Assembly (NCBI GenBank): GCA_025059995.1
Contig: JANXCF010000005.1
Location: 124,006 to 188,005 of the forward strand
Direction of reading: 5' to 3'
DNA length: 64,000 bases
DNA from: Leptospiraceae bacterium
GTDB lineage: Bacteria; Spirochaetota; Leptospiria; Leptospirales; Leptonemataceae
Shown: piece by piece, positions 55,220 to 64,000 of the stretch
Numbering within the stretch: the stretch's first letter is position 1
Layout: each line of letters begins with the position of its first letter
The notes under the pieces: generated by a model
Told to the model about the DNA's origin: nothing
Database searches by the model: none
Seen by the model: only the letters and a program-made list of their open reading frames with translations
Program-made: the position numbers and the translations under genes

Positions 55220-56657
55220 AGCAGTCGTAGTAGAGAACAAACTCATAAGGGTGAGGTCGTTGGTTTACAATTTGTTCTACTTCTGCTCGTTTGTAGGCTA
55301 TGTAATTATCAATAAAGTCTTTATCAAAAGCTCCTGATTTCAAAAGCCATTCTTGATCTTGTTCAAGAGCATCTAAAACCTTAGTCAAATTGGCAGGCAC
55401 GGCTTTGATTTTCTTTTTCTTTTCTTCTGGGACATCATATAGATTGAAGTCTGCTGGTTCACCGGGATCTATTTTATTTTGTATTCCGTCTAACCCAGCT
55501 AAGATCATCGCAGCAAATGCCAAATAAGGATTTGCTGAGGGATCAGGGGTTCGGAATTCAATCCTTCGAGCTTTATCTCCATGAACCGCCACTGGAATAC
55601 GTATCGCAGCTGACCGGTTTCTCGCTGAATAAACTAAACTCACAGGTGCTTCGTATCCTGGAACCAATCGTTTATAGCTATTTGTCGTGGGATTTGTGAA
55701 GGCACACAAAGCAGGACCGTGATGCAAAATTCCTCCAATATAGTATTTGGCAATTTCTGAGAGATTAGCATACCAATTACCTGCAAAGAGATTTTTCCCG
55801 TCTTTCCATAGAGACTGGTGAGTATGCATTCCTGAACCATTATCTCCGAAAAGAGGCTTAGGCATAAAAGTAGCAGAAAACCCATTCCTTCTGGCAACGT
55901 TTTTGACTACGTATTTAAAAAGTTGTAGTTTATCTGCTTGTTTTAGAGCATCGTCTAATTTAAAGTTGATCTCTGCTTGACCTGCACTAGATACTTCATG
56001 ATGATGCCTTTCTGGTGGAATCCCCATTTTATTTAGCATTTCTGTCATTTCGGTTCTTAGGTTCTGAAATTGATCATTTGGTGGTAAAGGGAAGTAACCC
56101 TCTTTCGTTCGCATTTTGAAGCCCAAATTGGGTTTTTCGTCAACCCCCATTCGCCAACGTGCATCAATGGAATCAATGAAGTAAAATCCTTGATTGGTAA
56201 TTTGCTCATAGCGAACATCACTGAAGATGAAGAACTCCGCTTCTGGTCCCATGTAGCATGTATCCGCAATCCCCGTGCTTTTCATATATTCTATGGTTTT
56301 CTTCAAGATATATCGAGGATCCCGGTTGTAAGGCTTTGGAGGCTCTCCATTTTTAGGAGGTTCGTAAATATCAGCGATCACGGCTAAGGTTTTGTGCTCA
56401 AAAAAAGGATCAATATACGCACTGGTAGCATCTAATCGTGCCAACATGTCGGACTCTTGAATGACTTTCCATCCACGAATGGAAGAACCATCAAATCCAA
56501 TTCCATAATAAAAAGCATCTTCATCTATTGCATCAATGTGAAATGTCACATGATGCATCATCCCCAACATATCAGTGAATCGAACATCAATGTATTCTAT
56601 TTTTTCATCTCTACAATACTTTAATAAACTTTTTGGGTCTTTGGGTAAATCATACAT
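55218..56657 (-). CDS. glnA: type I glutamine synthetase
   Basis: 'FDGSSIRGW', 'HHHEV', 'ATFMPKPLFGDNGSGMH', 'NSYKRLVPGYEAP', 'NRSAAIRIP', adenylylation-site 'NLY'. Confidence 0.98.
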   Translation of the reverse strand: MYDLPKDPKSLLKYCRDEKIEYIDVRFTDMLGMMHHVTFHIDAIDEDAFYYGIGFDGSSIRGWKVIQESDMLARLDATSAYIDPFFEHKTLAVIADIYEPPKNGEPPKPYNRDPRYILKKTIEYMKSTGIADTCYMGPEAEFFIFSDVRYEQITNQGFYFIDSIDARWRMGVDEKPNLGFKMRTKEGYFPLPPNDQFQNLRTEMTEMLNKMGIPPERHHHEVSSAGQAEINFKLDDALKQADKLQLFKYVVKNVARRNGFSATFMPKPLFGDNGSGMHTHQSLWKDGKNLFAGNWYANLSEIAKYYIGGILHHGPALCAFTNPTTNSYKRLVPGYEAPVSLVYSARNRSAAIRIPVAVHGDKARRIEFRTPDPSANPYLAFAAMILAGLDGIQNKIDPGEPADFNLYDVPEEKKKKIKAVPANLTKVLDALEQDQEWLLKSGAFDKDFIDNYIAYKRAEVEQIVNQRPHPYEFVLYYDC

Positions 56658-56712
56658 AGAGTTTCTCCTGATTTAGATTTTTTAAACGAAATAGGTTTCG
56701 CTATTAAGAATC

Positions 56713-56728
56713 TGCAAAAACAATTCCT
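56713..56728 (-). promoter_or_regulatory. putative sigma54 promoter of glnA
   Basis: Minus strand AGGAATTGTTTTTGCA = GG-N10-GC with TTGCA -12 element. Confidence 0.55.
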
Positions 56729-56890
56729 AACAATTTGGATAAATTACGATTTATGAATAAAACAATTTGTCAAAGAAATAGGCAAATTACACAAAAAATA
56801 ACACCATAGAAAAAGAGAATTTTAGCATTTTTAAAAGGGCTTTAAAACATGAATTGACATAAAAATCAATTTTATCTTTATTCATGTATC

Positions 56891-58054
56891 ATGAAAGAAA
56901 TCAGAAGAACTAAACGGATTCTTCCTTTCAAAAGAGAGCATGAAGAGTTTCGAGAAATTGTTCGGGAATTTGTAGAAAAAGAAATTGTGCCTTATCATTC
57001 TCAGTGGGAGCAAGAGGGGATTGTGCCAAGAGAACTTTGGGAAAAAGCAGGAAGTTTAGGGATACTATGTCCTAATTTTCCTCCCGAATACGGTGGTGCA
57101 GGTGCTGATTTTTTGTTCAACGTGGTTGTGATTGAAGAATTGGCAAGGGTAGGAGCTTCAGGAGTTTTTTTTAGTTTGCATAGTGATGTGGTAGCTACTT
57201 ATATTCTTCATTATGGAACAGAAGAACAAAAAAAACGATGGCTTCCTGATATCATAGCAGGAAAGAAAATCTTAGCCATTGCCATGACAGAACCAAATGC
57301 AGGTTCCGATTTAGCAGGAATACAAACCACGGCTGTGGATCAGGGAGATCATTATTTAGTGAATGGATCAAAAACGTTTATTTCCAATGGGTATTTAGCG
57401 GACTTAGTGGTTGTAGCCGTAAAGACCAACCCCAAAAAAGGAATTAATGGGATTTCTTTACTGGTTTTGGAAAGAGGGATGGAGGGTTTTGAACGAGGAA
57501 AGAAATTAAAAAAAATTGGGCTCCATGCCCAAGATACAGCTGAGTTGTTTTTTCACAATGTAAGAGTTCCCAAAGAAAACCTTCTAGGCAAAGAGGGATA
57601 TGGATTTCGTTATTTGATGAATGAACTGGCAACCGAACGTTTGGTGCTTGCTATCTCGAACATGCGCTCAGCAGAAGTGATACTTGACATGACCGTAGAT
57701 TACGTAAAAACCCGTCAAGCCTTTGGTAAACCCATCGGGAAGTTTCAAAATACCCAATTTCGTTTGGCGGAATTGTTTACGGAACAATGTGCTGCAAGGG
57801 CATTTTTGGATTTGGTGATTCTCCGATATCTGGAAGGAAACAAAGTCACCGTTGAAGCTTCTCAATGTAAACTTTTGTGTTCTGAGTTATTAAAACGTCA
57901 TGTGGATGAATGTTTACAATTTTTTGGTGGCTATGGTTATATTTTAGAATATCCCATTGCTAAGGCTTATATTGATGCCAGGGTTCAAACCATCTACGCA
58001 GGAACTTCTGAAATCATGAAGGAAATCATTGCCAGTAAAGGCTTAGGATTATAA
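56891..58054 (+). CDS. acyl-CoA dehydrogenase (long-chain type)
   Basis: 'IAMTEPNAGSDL', 'NGSKTFISNG', 'QDTAELFF', 'GGYGY', 'IYAGTSEIM'. Confidence 0.97.
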   Translation: MKEIRRTKRILPFKREHEEFREIVREFVEKEIVPYHSQWEQEGIVPRELWEKAGSLGILCPNFPPEYGGAGADFLFNVVVIEELARVGASGVFFSLHSDVVATYILHYGTEEQKKRWLPDIIAGKKILAIAMTEPNAGSDLAGIQTTAVDQGDHYLVNGSKTFISNGYLADLVVVAVKTNPKKGINGISLLVLERGMEGFERGKKLKKIGLHAQDTAELFFHNVRVPKENLLGKEGYGFRYLMNELATERLVLAISNMRSAEVILDMTVDYVKTRQAFGKPIGKFQNTQFRLAELFTEQCAARAFLDLVILRYLEGNKVTVEASQCKLLCSELLKRHVDECLQFFGGYGYILEYPIAKAYIDARVQTIYAGTSEIMKEIIASKGLGL

Positions 58055-59548
58055 TCAAAATCTCAGCCAAAGAAAGTGTAAATCCCAATCGGTTTCTTTT
58101 TCTTCGTCCGTCAAAAGAGCTCCATACTTGGGATATAAATACAAAGGAACTCTTTCTCGTTTGCTGTATTTTGTTTTGGAAATTCCTAGAAGTCCCCCTA
58201 AGAACGTGAATTTCCATTGATACGGATTTGATTTATAGTGGAATCCCAAAAAAAATAAATTCCATTCGTCATAATCACGGTTCCAACGAAAACTCATAAT
58301 CCTCATCAAGAAGGACAAATATCGATCGTTATTTTCGAAGCGTTGGTATTCTATTAAAGAATAAAAATTTCCCCAAATCTTTTCGAAATAATCGTCAGGT
58401 AAGGGCCACAACGCCAAAACCCGCCAGCCAAAGGAAGTTTCTTCCCGCCAATAGCTCATGAATGGCCAAAGTTTCCAACTTATGGTTTCTACTTGTTCTT
58501 GTTGGTAGTAACGATAATGGTGATACCAGAACGGGAGGAAAAAACGATAATTTGATTGTATTAGAGCTGATTCCGTTTTCAAATTCCCCCAAAAGATAAA
58601 ATAAAAATTCGTTTCTTTATAATAGGAAATATCCTTTACCCCAGATCGGTGATGAACGTAAAAAGGAAAAAATACCCACCTTCGAAGGTAAGGTCGATCA
58701 GAGCGGCTATATTGAAAGAGTATCCAAAGAAATTTAAAGTCAAAGGCATTTACGACTTTATCTTCTCCCCATGAAATCAAAGAAATCGGATACAAAATGC
58801 TATAGGCATACATATTTCCGTGTTGGGACCTCTTTTGAGCATAAAAAGGAAAAAACATAAAAAAAGATCTGGGTTCTTTTTTGTCTAAGCCGTCCCAACC
58901 CCATTGAAAAAAGGGCCAAAGCAAGGTCTTACGATTGTATTTACCTTCGTGAACTTTACTGGAATAAAATGGCAGGAATCGAAAATCTTTTCTTTTAAAG
59001 CCATCGCCCCCCCACATAGTAAGAGGCCATAAAATGGAATATCCACGGTAATTTCGATATTCCCAAGAAACATACAATGGGAAAAGCACATATCGGATTT
59101 CTTCCCAAGATACTTTGTCTTTTAAGATTCCAAAAAAAGGAAAAAAACTAAAAAACCTTTCCTTGGGATTATTCCCATAACCCCAGTAGAACAAAGGAGT
59201 TAAAACCAACTCTCCTTCTGTTTTTTCTATTTGGTCATACTTTTCATCTTTGTTAAGTAGATACAAAAAGGTCCATGTATTCCAATAATTGGTTCCATGG
59301 GAGTAATACAAAGGATACAAAAAAGAATAAAATCGATATGCCCTTTCATGATTCTGATAGCTTGAGTAGAAAGGATGTATTACAATCTCTTTTTGTTCTA
59401 TGGATTGGCTTGAGTCATACAAAAAAAGGAATTCATAGTAATCAATGGGTCCTTCGGTTTTAACAGAAGTAGGATGCCTTCCTAAAAGGTCTTGATTCTC
59501 GGAAAATAAGAAGACAAAAAACAAAAGAAAAAATCTTAAAAAAAACAT
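58055..59548 (-). CDS. aromatic-rich repetitive exported hypothetical protein
   Basis: Signal peptide; many (F/L)(F/W/Y)P(F/L)(Y/F) units; ends in Phe. Confidence 0.7.
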   Translation of the reverse strand: MFFLRFFLLFFVFLFSENQDLLGRHPTSVKTEGPIDYYEFLFLYDSSQSIEQKEIVIHPFYSSYQNHERAYRFYSFLYPLYYSHGTNYWNTWTFLYLLNKDEKYDQIEKTEGELVLTPLFYWGYGNNPKERFFSFFPFFGILKDKVSWEEIRYVLFPLYVSWEYRNYRGYSILWPLTMWGGDGFKRKDFRFLPFYSSKVHEGKYNRKTLLWPFFQWGWDGLDKKEPRSFFMFFPFYAQKRSQHGNMYAYSILYPISLISWGEDKVVNAFDFKFLWILFQYSRSDRPYLRRWVFFPFYVHHRSGVKDISYYKETNFYFIFWGNLKTESALIQSNYRFFLPFWYHHYRYYQQEQVETISWKLWPFMSYWREETSFGWRVLALWPLPDDYFEKIWGNFYSLIEYQRFENNDRYLSFLMRIMSFRWNRDYDEWNLFFLGFHYKSNPYQWKFTFLGGLLGISKTKYSKRERVPLYLYPKYGALLTDEEKETDWDLHFLWLRF

Positions 59549-59560
59549 ATAATATTTAGT

Positions 59561-59579
59561 GAGGGGGATGAAACCCCTC
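59561..59579 (-). terminator. hairpin after the LysM gene
   Basis: GAGGGG-gatgaaa-CCCCTC. Confidence 0.55.
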
Positions 59580-59607
59580 TAAGAATTAGGCTTATCAAGG
59601 GAAAGGC

Positions 59608-60240
59608 TTATTGTTTGGGAATCTTAATGACTTGACCTTGTTTTAATTTGCTCCAATCTATTTCGGGATTCAACTCTTCGAGTTTCTCACGGGTAGTTTT
59701 AAACTTATTAGCAATCTTGAGAAGTGTGTCCCCTCGTTGGATTGTGTATTCTTGGAAATTTGGTTTTACTTCTTGAGGTTCTTGCTTAGGTGTTGTTGGT
59801 TCTTGTTTTGGTTCTTGTGGTTGAGGAGTTGCAGGTTGTTGTGCTTGTTGGGTTTGTTGAGGTTCAATTTTCGCTTGTTCTTGCTTTGGAGTTTCTTTTT
59901 GACCACGAGTAAAAATCAAGATGCCAATTAAAATCAAAATCACCACTAAGACAGCAATTAGGATTTTGTTTTTGTTAGCCTCTTTGATTTCTTGGGTTTC
60001 TTTGGTTTCTTGTGCTGCTGGTATGACTTCTTGGTGGATTTCTTTTTGAGCTTGCGTAGAGGGTTCGTGTAAGGAAAGTTCTTTTCGTTGTTCTTCTAAT
60101 TTTGTTTCAACTTCAGATGAGATTAATGATTCCTCTTTCTTTGTGGTTTTTTTTGCTTCTTTCTTTGCTGCTTTCTTTGTTTCTTTTTTTCCTGCTACTT
60201 CTTTCTTTGCTGTTTTCTTCGTTGTTTTCTTTGTTGCCAT
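59608..60240 (-). CDS. bitopic LysM protein with Lys/Ala/Thr-rich N-terminus
   Basis: 'ATKKTTKKTAKK...KKAAKKEAKKTTKK', TM 'ILIAVLVVILILIGILIF', Q/P linker, LysM 'YTIQRGDTLLKIA...LKQGQVIKIP'. Confidence 0.88.
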   Translation of the reverse strand: MATKKTTKKTAKKEVAGKKETKKAAKKEAKKTTKKEESLISSEVETKLEEQRKELSLHEPSTQAQKEIHQEVIPAAQETKETQEIKEANKNKILIAVLVVILILIGILIFTRGQKETPKQEQAKIEPQQTQQAQQPATPQPQEPKQEPTTPKQEPQEVKPNFQEYTIQRGDTLLKIANKFKTTREKLEELNPEIDWSKLKQGQVIKIPKQ

Positions 60241-60439
60241 ATAAACAAGATTTTTGATTCGATATCTATTTTCAACTCATTTTCAAAATTTGCCATTTTG
60301 ATTGTTTTAATTTTTTAAATATTTTATCAATTTTCATTAAGTTTTATTAAAACTTCAAAACAAATAGGTTGTGCTGATGAAGATATCTTTCGATTAAATT
60401 TAGGTTGCTTATATCCTGAATCGAAATTAATTGGTAGGT

Positions 60440-60862
60440 ATGAACAAAAAAATCTTCTTTATACTTGTGTCTCTTATCGCATTAGTCTTGAGTCTCTTCT
60501 TTATCAATCCTGATACAAGTCAGACCTTGCTTATCGTAGATGCTGATTATGTCGTTGATAACAAGGCTTCACTTTATAACAAAGAATTACGTATTCGTGG
60601 ATTTGTAAAACCCGGAAGTATTTTACGTATGGGGAACAAAGCGGAATTCATCGTAACCCATAACAACAAAGAGGTCCTTGTTTACTTTAATGGAAAAACT
60701 CAAATTCCAGATACGTTTGGCGATGCTGCTCCTGTAAGAATTGATGGTCGATTACAACCCGATGGTCGATTTGTTGCCTACAAAATAGAAGCAAAATGTG
60801 CTTCTAAATACGAAGCTCCCTCCTATACAAGCACCCTTCCTCAAAATACAAAAAACCTGTGA
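60440..60862 (+). CDS. ccmE: cytochrome c maturation heme chaperone CcmE, CxxxY variant
   Basis: TM anchor, 'LRIRGFVKPGSI', 'PDTF', 'AKCASKY'. Confidence 0.9.
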   Translation: MNKKIFFILVSLIALVLSLFFINPDTSQTLLIVDADYVVDNKASLYNKELRIRGFVKPGSILRMGNKAEFIVTHNNKEVLVYFNGKTQIPDTFGDAAPVRIDGRLQPDGRFVAYKIEAKCASKYEAPSYTSTLPQNTKNL

Positions 60863-60899
60863 AAACCAGTATAACCTATAAGAATAAGGAAAGTCAATT

Positions 60900-63401
60900 A
60901 TGCTAAGCTGGAATGAATTAGGTTCCATCACAATTGTAGTCATTGGTATTTTGGTATTGTTTTCTTTTTTGATGGGATTATTGAGCCTCCCCACAAAATT
61001 AAAATTCCAACTCCTTCGATCTCTTATCTTAGAACTGTTATTTCGTAAAAACAAACTCAAGGTCATTCGTTTTTATCGAAGGATCGTAGAAGTTTGGGAA
61101 TATCTGTCATTAAAAACCTTTGAATTTCTCAAGATCAACAAAAACCAAGCCTTAGAATTAGCAAAACAAGGTCTCATTGTCAATTTCTTCGTCACACTGA
61201 TAGCGGCTACTATCCTATGGATACAATTAATAATTAGTGATTATTCGAGTAAGTATGTCGTAAGTTATTCTTCGGATGGTTTATCTCTTTTTTATCGGCT
61301 TACTGCGATTTGGGCGGGTCCTAGTGGTTCTCTTTTGTTTTGGTATCTGATTTTGAGCTTTTTTTCTTTTTATGTTTTGTATAAAGATCGATTCCAACTT
61401 CAAAATCGAATTCCCATTGTGATTTTGATTCTTAGTTCTATTCATCTGCTCTTTATTTCGTTGATTTTGTATTTTGAGGATGGTCAACCTTTCCTTGAAT
61501 ACTACGCTCCCATGAAGGCAGGAAAGGGCATGAATCCTCTTCTCCTTCATTGGGCGATGATTATCCACCCCCCGATTTTGTATATTGGTTATGTTAGCTA
61601 TGCTATTCCGTTTGCGTTATATATCAGCTCTGTGATTTCGGGAAATGTTCGTCAGGATTTACTTTCGCTTTTTCGAAGGTGGGGTTTGTTTTCTTGGTTT
61701 TTTTTGGGTTTTGGGATTTTGTTGGGAAGTCTTTGGGCATATGAAGAACTTGGATGGGGCGGTTATTGGGCGTGGGATCCCGTTGAAAATGCGAGTTTGA
61801 TGCCATTTCTTTTCGGAACTGCGTTTTTACACTCCTTGGCGGTTTTGGAACAACGAAAAATGTTTCATTTTTGGAGTTTGCTTTTGATTGTTCTTACGTA
61901 TCACTTTTGCCTTTTGGGGACCTGGATCACACGTAGTGGTGTGATTGAAGGACCTCATTCCTTTGCTAAATCCGACATCGGAATCCCGTTGATTATTTAT
62001 ATTATCATTAGCTTTTTGTATTTTGTTCGTTTTCTTTACTTCAAAAGACATCTTTTGGTGTCAAAAGAACACATCCAAAATATAACATCAAAAGAAGGGA
62101 GCTTCTTACTCAATAACTATCTAATGGTGATTTCTGTTGTGATTATTTTGATAGGAGTGTTTTCTCCTTTGATTCCTTATCATTGTTCTTTTAATGATGG
62201 ATTTCAATGCTTTAAGGTTGAATGGAAACCCACTACTTTCAATAAAGTAATGGTTCCTATTGGGATTCTAATGCTACTAATCATGGGTCTTTCTCCATTA
62301 CAATCATGGCGTAAACCCATAAGCCATATTTACGAAAAATCCATCAAAAAACCTCTATGGATAGGTTTGATTGGAACTCTTTTGTATGCTTTTGTTTATT
62401 TCTTTTATCTTCGTCCTTTTGTGAAGCTTGAGAATAGTCCATGGGGACCTCAGATCGTTGCTGATATTTTCTCTATCTTGACGGTGGGAATTGGAATTTT
62501 TGTGATTGCAGGTATCGTTCAAGAGTATCAAAGGGCTATACGAGTTCGAAGAATCCGAATGAAGGAATCCCTTTTCCAATCCTTTATCCAAATTCTTCGA
62601 AGGAATCAACGAAGGTATGGGGGATATTTGGTTCACCTTTCGATTGTGATCTTATTTATTGGTTTTTCGGGTGGTTCCTTCAAAACCGAGTATCAGGTTC
62701 AATTCCATTATACTTTGATGCCACCTCAAAGTGAAAACTCGCCTTATATTTATTACTACAGTGGGGATAAGGTGTACATTCAAGGATATACGATTGAAGC
62801 AAGAGAACTTTTCATTCGTCCTTTTTTTGAACCAAATGCTGATCCCAATAATCCCATTTATTTGACTATATCACAAGAATCCCACTATCGAGTCAATCCC
62901 ACACAGCATTTGCCAGTGATTACAGCAAGCCAAGTTGATCCTTACCAATTTGCCAATGAACCAACACCATTCTTAGAAAAAATCGAAAACCTTGCTTTTG
63001 GCATAATTAGCGATCAACGTATGATCACGGAACGAAGGTTTTACCCTCAAATTCATCCCTATACAGGAGATTTAATTAGGACTCCGATCGGTTTTGGAGA
63101 AAGATTGGTAACAAGCGAACCAGAAATCATTTCCAGTTGGACAGAAGACATTTACATACAAGTTGGAGCCATCTTTGATCCCCATCGCAACAAAACCCCT
63201 GACATTGCCAGTATGTTTGAGTTTTATTACTATGATTTGAAAAGAAGCCCAGAAGCTTACTATATGCTTTTCCCAAAAAACATTGTTGTGGATGTGCAAA
63301 TTTGGATCAATCCTTTCATGAAGTTGCTATGGTTGGGAACGTTTTTGTTTTTCATCGCAGGTTTGATTGTTTTTCTACCCCAAGTCGAGATAAAAAAGTA
63401 A
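60900..63401 (+). CDS. ccmF: cytochrome c heme lyase CcmF
   Basis: 'GMNPLL', 'IHPPILYIGY', WWD motif 'WAYEELGWGGYWAWDPVENASL', 'TRSG...HSF', 'YGGYLVH'. Confidence 0.95.
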   Translation: MLSWNELGSITIVVIGILVLFSFLMGLLSLPTKLKFQLLRSLILELLFRKNKLKVIRFYRRIVEVWEYLSLKTFEFLKINKNQALELAKQGLIVNFFVTLIAATILWIQLIISDYSSKYVVSYSSDGLSLFYRLTAIWAGPSGSLLFWYLILSFFSFYVLYKDRFQLQNRIPIVILILSSIHLLFISLILYFEDGQPFLEYYAPMKAGKGMNPLLLHWAMIIHPPILYIGYVSYAIPFALYISSVISGNVRQDLLSLFRRWGLFSWFFLGFGILLGSLWAYEELGWGGYWAWDPVENASLMPFLFGTAFLHSLAVLEQRKMFHFWSLLLIVLTYHFCLLGTWITRSGVIEGPHSFAKSDIGIPLIIYIIISFLYFVRFLYFKRHLLVSKEHIQNITSKEGSFLLNNYLMVISVVIILIGVFSPLIPYHCSFNDGFQCFKVEWKPTTFNKVMVPIGILMLLIMGLSPLQSWRKPISHIYEKSIKKPLWIGLIGTLLYAFVYFFYLRPFVKLENSPWGPQIVADIFSILTVGIGIFVIAGIVQEYQRAIRVRRIRMKESLFQSFIQILRRNQRRYGGYLVHLSIVILFIGFSGGSFKTEYQVQFHYTLMPPQSENSPYIYYYSGDKVYIQGYTIEARELFIRPFFEPNADPNNPIYLTISQESHYRVNPTQHLPVITASQVDPYQFANEPTPFLEKIENLAFGIISDQRMITERRFYPQIHPYTGDLIRTPIGFGERLVTSEPEIISSWTEDIYIQVGAIFDPHRNKTPDIASMFEFYYYDLKRSPEAYYMLFPKNIVVDVQIWINPFMKLLWLGTFLFFIAGLIVFLPQVEIKK

Positions 63402-63420
63402 ACCAACACTTTGATCTCAG

Positions 63421-63567
63421 ATGGAATTTATTAAAGTTCTCATTCTGATTTTTTTGTTTTTAGCGGTAGTTTCTCTTTTTTTCCTTTGGTGTCAAAGAAC
63501 TCAGAAAAAACAAACAACACACCACGAGGTAAAGTATGAAAAGAATTTTATTGATTTTTCTAACTAA
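63421..63567 (+). CDS. small single-TM protein, possibly CcmD-like (not in ORF track)
   Basis: MEFIKVLILIFLFLAVVSLFFLWCQRTQKKQTTHHEVKYEKNFIDFSN (48 aa). Confidence 0.4.
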   Translation: MEFIKVLILIFLFLAVVSLFFLWCQRTQKKQTTHHEVKYEKNFIDFSN

Positions 63568-64000
63568 CTTTTCTTTGTCTGCGCAGTTTTTGATTCAAGC
63601 GGAAATTTGGAATGGCACTACATCCACCCCCGCAAAGGCTGATAAAATCGAAATCTTTGAGTTAACAGAAGAAGGCATCCAACTACGAAAAACAATCGAA
63701 GAACCCACATCGTATTTTGAATATCCGGTTTCAACTATCAATCCCTACATTATCCGAGCTCATTATCGAGATGAATTTTATGGCGAGATGATTTCCAATC
63801 AAGAGTTCCAACAAAAGAACATTAGAAAAAAAGTCTTTGTTTACGAAACAACGAAAGATCTTCAAGGATTGGATTTTCATTCAGGGTATCAAATCACAAA
63901 GTTTGACAAAAATTTAGAAATCCAAATGATTTACGTCATCAAAAATCAAACAAACCCTCCAAAAAGTATACTACCAAGCGAAGTGGAATTTTACTTACCA
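63536..64000 (+). CDS. exported hypothetical protein in the ccm cluster, 3'-truncated by the window
   Basis: GAGGT SD, ATG 63536, MKRILLIFLTNFSLSAQ signal peptide, no stop seen before the window end. Confidence 0.7.
   Translation, partial: MKRILLIFLTNFSLSAQFLIQAEIWNGTTSTPAKADKIEIFELTEEGIQLRKTIEEPTSYFEYPVSTINPYIIRAHYRDEFYGEMISNQEFQQKNIRKKVFVYETTKDLQGLDFHSGYQITKFDKNLEIQMIYVIKNQTNPPKSILPSEVEFYLP

Noticed and set aside
1..64000. CRISPR array, rRNA, riboswitch, IS element or prophage
   Set aside because: All intergenic gaps are under about 280 bp with no repeat-spacer pattern or recognisable RNA motif; no transposase or phage genes seen. Weak structured RNAs cannot be excluded without Infernal

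Overview
AT-rich bacterial chromosome segment, most likely from a spirochaete of the Leptospiraceae (inference from an OmpL1-type porin, spirochaete-style lipoboxes, a CxxxY-type CcmE, two bactofilins and a Leptospira-like GT-C membrane protein), possibly a thermophile. It is mostly densely packed housekeeping DNA (kdsD, xerC/D, hldD, recX, mpl, rplY, yajQ, alaS, lemA, metE, lon, purHN, lexA, cysK, rho, glnA, ccmEF, one tRNA-Arg(UCG)). No CRISPR array, rRNA, IS element or prophage is visible. Most notable: (i) a very AT-rich, overlapping PafB/PafC-like WYL gene pair in which one partner has lost the WYL arginines; (ii) an ATGA-N7-TCAT palindrome shared by the xerC, ompL1 and metE upstream regions; (iii) a recurring -35/-10/start geometry suggesting many leaderless mRNAs; (iv) a flavinylation-motif protein plus two His-bearing membrane proteins; (v) an orphan, very AT-rich ECF-sigma-like gene; (vi) a bitopic protein joining a histone-like tail to a LysM domain; (vii) two TonB-receptor/lipoprotein clusters; (viii) sigma54-type promoters at lon and glnA. 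All family calls come from reading motifs by eye; no database search was run.
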